From: Candidatus Anstonellales archaeon
GTDB lineage: Archaea > Micrarchaeota > Micrarchaeia > Anstonellales > J096
Direction of reading: 5' to 3'
NCBI GenBank assembly: GCA_038740615.1
Contig: JAVYLQ010000005.1
Location: forward strand, 1-22,001
Length of the DNA stretch: 22,001 bases
Shown here: piece after piece, positions 16,475 through 22,001 of the stretch
Layout of the letters: each line of letters starts with the position of its first letter
How positions within the stretch are numbered: position 1 is the first letter of the stretch
Notes under the pieces: model-generated
The model's input: the letters and a program-made list of their open reading frames with translations, nothing else
The model's database searches: none
Told to the model about the DNA's origin: nothing
Translations under genes and position numbers: made by a program

Positions 16475-19345
16475 ATGTTCATCTTTGAGTGGCAGAATGC
16501 CTATATATTAATGTTTACATTATACATTCTACCCTCTCTACTCTTCCTATTTAAAAGACTAGGTAATCTAAATCCTGTGGAAAGGTTTCTAGTAGCAATC
16601 CCTATAAACTTCATATCAATCTCCATACTAACAACCATTTTAGGATTTGTTTTTGGAGCTCTTAGTATAACTGTGGTTATAATATCATATGTAATATATC
16701 TTATTATATTACTGTATTGGATATTCCAGAATTTCAAAGCTGGAGAGATATCTGTAAAATTTGATATGAGTTCTCAAGAGATAATATTATCTATATTTTT
16801 AATCCTCCTGATATTATCCAATTGGAATCTGAGGGTATTCTCTTTCTCTCCTATATATTATGAATTTGATCCATATTTCTATCTTGATGGGGTTAAGTAT
16901 CTATTATACTATGGGGTTATACCTGAATCTGACGATAGTGCCTGGAATCCATATAATGTAAGTACTCACCGAAATCCTCCTCTATACCACTATACTATTG
17001 GGAGTTGGTATCTCTATCTATATGGTAATTCTATAGATAGTATAAAACTATCAGCAACAGCTAACCTATTTCCTCCTCTGAATGCTGTGATGATGTTAAT
17101 AGGATTCTATATGTTAGCACTAGCTCTATCAAATAATAGGATTCTAGCATTGGTATTCACATATTTTGTAAGCCTAATCCCTGTATTCATTTTAAAATTC
17201 CAAGCAGGTGTTTTTGAGTATCAACCTATGAATTTCTTCCTATTTACGTTTTTGATAGCAAGTTTTGTTCTATATATAAAAACTAAAGAGATAATATTTT
17301 TATATTCAACATCACTGACGTATGCTGCAGTTCTCATGGGTGCTGTGGCTATACCGGCAATTCTATTTACCTTTATACTAATGACTCTTATGATGTATAT
17401 AAAATACAGGTATGATATCCAATTACTATTACTAGGATTATCTATAATGGGTAGTGTGGGGGGACTTTTCATGTGGATCTATTCTGATTCTCTATCTAGA
17501 TTGATATTTGGATTTTTCTATATTCCTATCTATATTATTTCCTTATTAAGAATTGATAGAATCATATTAGAGCACATCGAATCTAGAATTGGTGGAGGGC
17601 TGAAGGGAAAATCATTGATAATAGGAGTAACTCTTATTCTAGTAATGTTGATACTCGTCTATCCATTCAGAGATGCTATATTATATGCATTACAATATAA
17701 TACTCCTCTGGAGAGGACCATAGCTGAGCAGAATCCATCTGCCCAGTTTTTAGATGATAATTTCGGTAAATTGGGTATAGGTGTTGAGAGAATCATTGGA
17801 AATGATCCAATCTCTTGGTTAGTGAGATTAATAATATATATCATCGCATATATACCTACAACAATTACTAATAACCTTCTTGGATTAGTGTTTAATATTT
17901 TGGGAGGGGTATTTAACCTTGTTATAGAATGGATCCCAAAAGAAACCAGTATAGCGTATTCAGTAATATTTTACTCTTTAATATTCATAATTCTAGAACT
18001 CTATAGAGCTACTAGAGATGTAAATGGACTTAGTGATGAAACTATAATCACTCTACCTATGTATGTGTTCAGTATAGGTTTGCTCAAAGCCAAATTCGAA
18101 ATATATTTCACCCTTGGATATCTATTTATATTTTTATATTTATTAATAAAACTGCTAAATCTATTTGCTCATTTAAAAATAACAAAATTAAACTACGTGC
18201 TCTATTTAATACCAATATTATTTGCAGGATATTCTTCTATTGGTCCTATAGACACATTTGCACTGATGATAAAATCCAATTTTCTAACATCAATATCTAA
18301 CGATCCAACCAGATTGATAGAACTGAAAAATATCGCATGTTCAGCATATCCAGGAATTTTCCCAGATTGTAATCAGTCTCAATTCGAGATAACAACGCAG
18401 TATAGTAGATTAATGTGTAATCTGGATATGATCATTAATAGGCAGAATGATACTGTTAGTAATATTCTCTATTCCACATCATGTAACCACATTCCATTTG
18501 AATGGTATGATTCGATGATGTTTCTAAAATACTCTACAGAGCCAGATTCAATAATAACTTCATGGTGGGATTATGGTCATTGGATCAATTATTGGGGCGA
18601 GAGAAAAGCTACAATAAGAAATGATCACTCTGTGCTATCTATGATTCTGGATGTAGCTTATGCGTATATACAAGGTGATGACACCGTTCTCAGAGATACA
18701 CTAAAGAAATATGGATCGAATTATGTTCTATTTGATCAGGAAATAATATTATCTAATCCTCTATTTGGGGGTAAATTCTATGCACTAAATTACCTCTCCT
18801 GTGCAAAAATAGGTCAGGTAGATCAGAGATTCCCTATGATGTCTAGTAAGTGTGAATATGAGAATCTTTGGGAATCTGTATTGATCACCAATGACAGATG
18901 CAATATAGATGGTAAAATTGGTAGAGTGGGGGCCGTGATTGAATATACTGGTTATACTGGTGCTATTCAGCAGAGACTAGTGAATAGTTATTGTATAGTC
19001 AACAATGATGGAACTCTAGATCTCAGTAGGGCCACTAATAGATTTGTCAGAACACTATTCCGAGATCAGATTGGAGGTATTAGAAATCCTCCATTCATAA
19101 TGTACAGGTTAAATGATTCTAAATTACATAGAGGTATCCCTGTACCAATCTCTCAAAATCTTCTCATCATTCTTTACACATACGATGAGGTATGGTTTGT
19201 GGATGGAACCTGGACTTCAGGATACGAGGATAGAACAAGTAGATTCTATAATTCTAGCTTATACAGAGGGTTTATACTTGAAACTTTAGACGGATTTGAG
19301 CCAGTATATAATAATGGATATGTGAAGATCTATCGATTGAGATAA
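16475..19345 (+). CDS. aglB: Oligosaccharyltransferase AglB (STT3 family)
   Basis: EFDPYF, TIAEQ (TIXE), SWWDYGHWI motifs; many TM helices followed by a soluble C-terminal domain ending VKIYR. Confidence 0.92.
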   Translation: MFIFEWQNAYILMFTLYILPSLLFLFKRLGNLNPVERFLVAIPINFISISILTTILGFVFGALSITVVIISYVIYLIILLYWIFQNFKAGEISVKFDMSSQEIILSIFLILLILSNWNLRVFSFSPIYYEFDPYFYLDGVKYLLYYGVIPESDDSAWNPYNVSTHRNPPLYHYTIGSWYLYLYGNSIDSIKLSATANLFPPLNAVMMLIGFYMLALALSNNRILALVFTYFVSLIPVFILKFQAGVFEYQPMNFFLFTFLIASFVLYIKTKEIIFLYSTSLTYAAVLMGAVAIPAILFTFILMTLMMYIKYRYDIQLLLLGLSIMGSVGGLFMWIYSDSLSRLIFGFFYIPIYIISLLRIDRIILEHIESRIGGGLKGKSLIIGVTLILVMLILVYPFRDAILYALQYNTPLERTIAEQNPSAQFLDDNFGKLGIGVERIIGNDPISWLVRLIIYIIAYIPTTITNNLLGLVFNILGGVFNLVIEWIPKETSIAYSVIFYSLIFIILELYRATRDVNGLSDETIITLPMYVFSIGLLKAKFEIYFTLGYLFIFLYLLIKLLNLFAHLKITKLNYVLYLIPILFAGYSSIGPIDTFALMIKSNFLTSISNDPTRLIELKNIACSAYPGIFPDCNQSQFEITTQYSRLMCNLDMIINRQNDTVSNILYSTSCNHIPFEWYDSMMFLKYSTEPDSIITSWWDYGHWINYWGERKATIRNDHSVLSMILDVAYAYIQGDDTVLRDTLKKYGSNYVLFDQEIILSNPLFGGKFYALNYLSCAKIGQVDQRFPMMSSKCEYENLWESVLITNDRCNIDGKIGRVGAVIEYTGYTGAIQQRLVNSYCIVNNDGTLDLSRATNRFVRTLFRDQIGGIRNPPFIMYRLNDSKLHRGIPVPISQNLLIILYTYDEVWFVDGTWTSGYEDRTSRFYNSSLYRGFILETLDGFEPVYNNGYVKIYRLR

Positions 19346-20289
19346 TGCTTTAGACTATCTGATACTCTATACCTAGGTATTGCCTCTAGAGGATAGGAAG
19401 ACCTGTAACCTTGGATATATAATTCTTCCCCTAGAACAGCTATCATGGCTCCATTATCTCTATTATACATATTATCTGTTCTAAGTATCTCCACACCGTA
19501 TTGTTTTGAGAATTTATCTAACATCTCATTTAGAATTTTACTCTGAGCTACCCCACCGCATACTATTACACTCTCAGCGTTATAAGCAAATACAGCTCTT
19601 GCCAACGTTTCTAACAACATACTAAAACTAGTGTGGAAAAGTGAATACGCAAGATTTTCCACTCTATCTAGTTTTTTATTTGCTCTATTCACAAAGTATG
19701 TATATATTCCTGCAAAAGTAGTATTCATACCCTTAACTGTATATGGAAATTCTATATACTTATCATGCTGTAATGCAAGTCTCTCCAAATCTGCAGCATT
19801 TCTCAATCCTAAATATCTAGCTGCTTTATCTAACATATTACCAATACCCATATCCAGTGTCTCTCCAATGATCTTCAAATCTCTAACTCTTAGAATCATA
19901 GTATTTCCTCCACTTATATATAGAGCAAGATCACCAGATCTGCGATTAGTAAATTCAACTATCTTCACGTGTGCATATCCGTGATTAACTCCTATAACAG
20001 GAATGTTTAGCTTATATGATAAATAATTTGCCATTCCGACTCCAAATGATAGAGGAGCTCCTATCCCAGGGCCCTGACTAACAGCTATTAGATTGATATC
20101 TCTAAGAGAAATCTCTGCGCTACTTAGAGCAGATTCTAGAAGAGGTCTGAAAAACTTTGCATGATGTTCAGCTAGATCTCTGGGTATATAACTACCCTGA
20201 TATGTATCTAGAACGTTCACTAATTTGTCCTCGATCTTTATCCCTATCCCTAGTGTATGTGCTGTAGATTCAATTCCTAGAGTGATCAT
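19330..20289 (-). CDS. kae1: tRNA N6-threonylcarbamoyltransferase Kae1 (KEOPS), not fused to Bud32
   Basis: LGIESTAHT, SQGPGIG, VNHGYAH, SGGNT, GETLDMGIGNMLD, GGVA, DNGAMIA. Confidence 0.95.
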   Translation of the reverse strand: MITLGIESTAHTLGIGIKIEDKLVNVLDTYQGSYIPRDLAEHHAKFFRPLLESALSSAEISLRDINLIAVSQGPGIGAPLSFGVGMANYLSYKLNIPVIGVNHGYAHVKIVEFTNRRSGDLALYISGGNTMILRVRDLKIIGETLDMGIGNMLDKAARYLGLRNAADLERLALQHDKYIEFPYTVKGMNTTFAGIYTYFVNRANKKLDRVENLAYSLFHTSFSMLLETLARAVFAYNAESVIVCGGVAQSKILNEMLDKFSKQYGVEILRTDNMYNRDNGAMIAVLGEELYIQGYRSSYPLEAIPRYRVSDSLKHYLNR

Positions 20290-21506
20290 ATTCTAGATCT
20301 ACTTATTTTCTCATACCATTTTATTAAATAGTTTGCGCTCTTCATGAGTAATATTGAAACAATTACTGATGATAAAATCAATATAAACCCTATGTTAATC
20401 AGGTTCAGACCAAATACCTTGTCTAGCTGAGCAAAAACTATCAGGGTAAACTCTCCTACTGCCAATGATAAGAAAGAGATGTTTATTGCATTCTTCATAT
20501 TATAACCTAATCTCTGGAAGTAGATGATTGACGTCAAGGATTTGATCGCAACTATAACCAACAATAATATAAGGGCAATTCTCCAATACTCTATATTAAA
20601 TAATGCCTCCAGATCTAATTGAGTACCTATATATATAAGAAATATGGATATAAAAGTCTCTGAGAATAGAAAGATACTATCTCTTATTTTCTGGAATTCT
20701 CTAGAGAATAGATTTGATACTGATCCTGCGATGAATGCTGCAACACCCAGAGGGAATTCTATGAGCTGAGCTATGAGAAGTAAAACAACAAATATGCTCA
20801 TGAAGAAAGAGAAATACATCTGTTTTATATTATCATCATTGCCATTATGATTTGTCTCTATGCTGTTTATAACATCCTTTATTATAGAGGCAATGGATAT
20901 TACAATAATTGTCATTATTATGAACATCACTCCTGAAATAAATAGATTATATATCTCTGTGGATAGTGAAGATATTGATATTGTGGTAGCTTTGAATAGA
21001 AAGGTAAGTATTAACAAAGCTATTATGTCCTCAATTATAGATTTAGTAAGCAATAGATTGGATTCTGGTTTAGTATGCAATTTATAATCCTTAGCCAATT
21101 CATAATATATTGCCGTTGAGGTAAATGATAGAGATAGCGCTATGATGAATGCTAGTTCTTTAGCTATATCTGTAAATAGAAAATTGGTTATCAAAACATA
21201 CGTTGTTAGGGCTATCATGATGTTGCTGAACAGGAAAAATCCTAGTGCTTTTATATTGTATACTAATATATCTCTGAGATTGATTTGCAATCCTATAATA
21301 TAAAGAAGTAGTAGAATTCCCAATCCTGAGATTAGATTGATGGCTTTTTCATCCAGAATATTTATACCATAATAATTCGCAATTACACCATTAGGTCCGA
21401 TCAATGCAGAAAATAGTAGAATAAATATTATAAAAGGTATTCTTATCATGTTAGAAATGAATTGCACGATGAATATTATAACAATGATTCCCAGTATCTC
21501 TAACAT
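20286..21506 (-). CDS. Cation:proton antiporter (CPA2/Kef-type membrane domain)
   Basis: About 12 TM helices, LIGP.G, LGILLLLYIIGL, SFTSTAI, IIEDI, AFIAG, GEF. ATG 21506 is preferred to TTG 21518 because the TATA at 21532-21539 fits it better. Confidence 0.88.
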   Translation of the reverse strand: MLEILGIIVIIFIVQFISNMIRIPFIIFILLFSALIGPNGVIANYYGINILDEKAINLISGLGILLLLYIIGLQINLRDILVYNIKALGFFLFSNIMIALTTYVLITNFLFTDIAKELAFIIALSLSFTSTAIYYELAKDYKLHTKPESNLLLTKSIIEDIIALLILTFLFKATTISISSLSTEIYNLFISGVMFIIMTIIVISIASIIKDVINSIETNHNGNDDNIKQMYFSFFMSIFVVLLLIAQLIEFPLGVAAFIAGSVSNLFSREFQKIRDSIFLFSETFISIFLIYIGTQLDLEALFNIEYWRIALILLLVIVAIKSLTSIIYFQRLGYNMKNAINISFLSLAVGEFTLIVFAQLDKVFGLNLINIGFILILSSVIVSILLMKSANYLIKWYEKISRSRI

Positions 21507-21531
21507 CTTACTTATCAATTGCCCACATAGC

Positions 21532-21571
21532 TTTAAAAATATCTTTCAAATCTGTATAGAAGGTTTAAAAA
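21532..21571. promoter_or_regulatory. Two TTTAAAAA boxes for the divergent antiporter and TM-helix genes
   Basis: Boxes at 21532-21539 and 21564-21571, each about 27-30 nt from the respective ATG. Confidence 0.5.
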
Positions 21572-21593
21572 GATTTCTAATTAAATATAGATC

Positions 21594-22001
21594 ATGAACT
21601 TGGAATCAATACTATTCTCAACAGTACAGAAGACATTGGGCATAATAAATGAGATAGTAGTGCCTCTATTAATCTTCTTGGTAGGAGTAATGTTAGTATG
21701 GTTTATTACTAAAGGGATTGCTAGAACTGTAATAAATTTAGTATGGAATAAGCTTGGTATAGATAAGATCTTAGAGGAGCATAAGCTTAAGGATGCATTA
21801 TTAGGGATAGATATAAAAATCGTGGCAAATACACTATTATTCCTCTATCTATTCCTCATAGGTACTATCTTAGTAATGGATATAAGTCTCAAGACTATTG
21901 CAGGAAGTTTACAGATCCAAGCCATACTAACAAATCTGCTTGGCTATATGTCATCATTAATACAGGGAGTGATAATACTTATAATATTCCTATTAATAGC
22001 T
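21594..22001 (+). CDS. Membrane protein, CmpX/MscS-associated TM-helix type, 3'-partial
   Basis: Hand translation open to the window end: MNLESILFSTVQKTLGIINEIVVPLLIFLVGVMLVWFI...NKLGIDKILEEHKL...LTNLLGYMSSLIQGVIILII. Absent from the ORF track. Confidence 0.6.
   Translation, partial: MNLESILFSTVQKTLGIINEIVVPLLIFLVGVMLVWFITKGIARTVINLVWNKLGIDKILEEHKLKDALLGIDIKIVANTLLFLYLFLIGTILVMDISLKTIAGSLQIQAILTNLLGYMSSLIQGVIILIIFLLIA

Noticed and set aside
1761..21087. Remaining short ORFs in the track (1761, 2038, 4544, 5199, 5778, 6640, 6829, 9431, 13473, 15396, 16501, 17221, 17659, 19631, 20860)
   Set aside because: All lie antisense to or overlap well-supported genes and have no recognisable motifs.
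1..22001. CRISPR array, rRNA or long DNA repeats
   Set aside because: No periodic repeats were seen, and nearly all sequence is accounted for by genes, with spacers under 90 bp.

Overview
AT-rich, extremely gene-dense archaeal DNA, most consistent with a streamlined DPANN-type genome (inferred from archaeal-only markers, divergent proteins and minimal spacers). In order it encodes: 3' part of a protein-only RNase P (HARP), a TctA-like membrane protein, an orphan membrane protein, a KaiC-like ATPase, deoxyhypusine synthase, a GT2 glycosyltransferase, a YdjM-type hydrolase, HMG-CoA synthase, class I LysRS, DedA, an Lrp-PINA-Hef(helicase only) run, rpl39e (missed by the ORF track)-rpl31e-aIF6, two orphan twin-arginine proteins flanking an intron-containing tRNA-Trp, a membrane-anchored orphan coupled to a 5xTPR-AAA+ ATPase, AglB, Kae1, a CPA2 antiporter and a partial TM-helix protein. 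The best candidate for an undescribed system is the TPR-AAA+ ATPase, its coupled orphan and the Tat orphans, head-to-head with an atypical aglB across one palindromic TATA box. No CRISPR array, rRNA, integrase or transposase was seen. All assignments are by-eye motif recognition; no searches were run.
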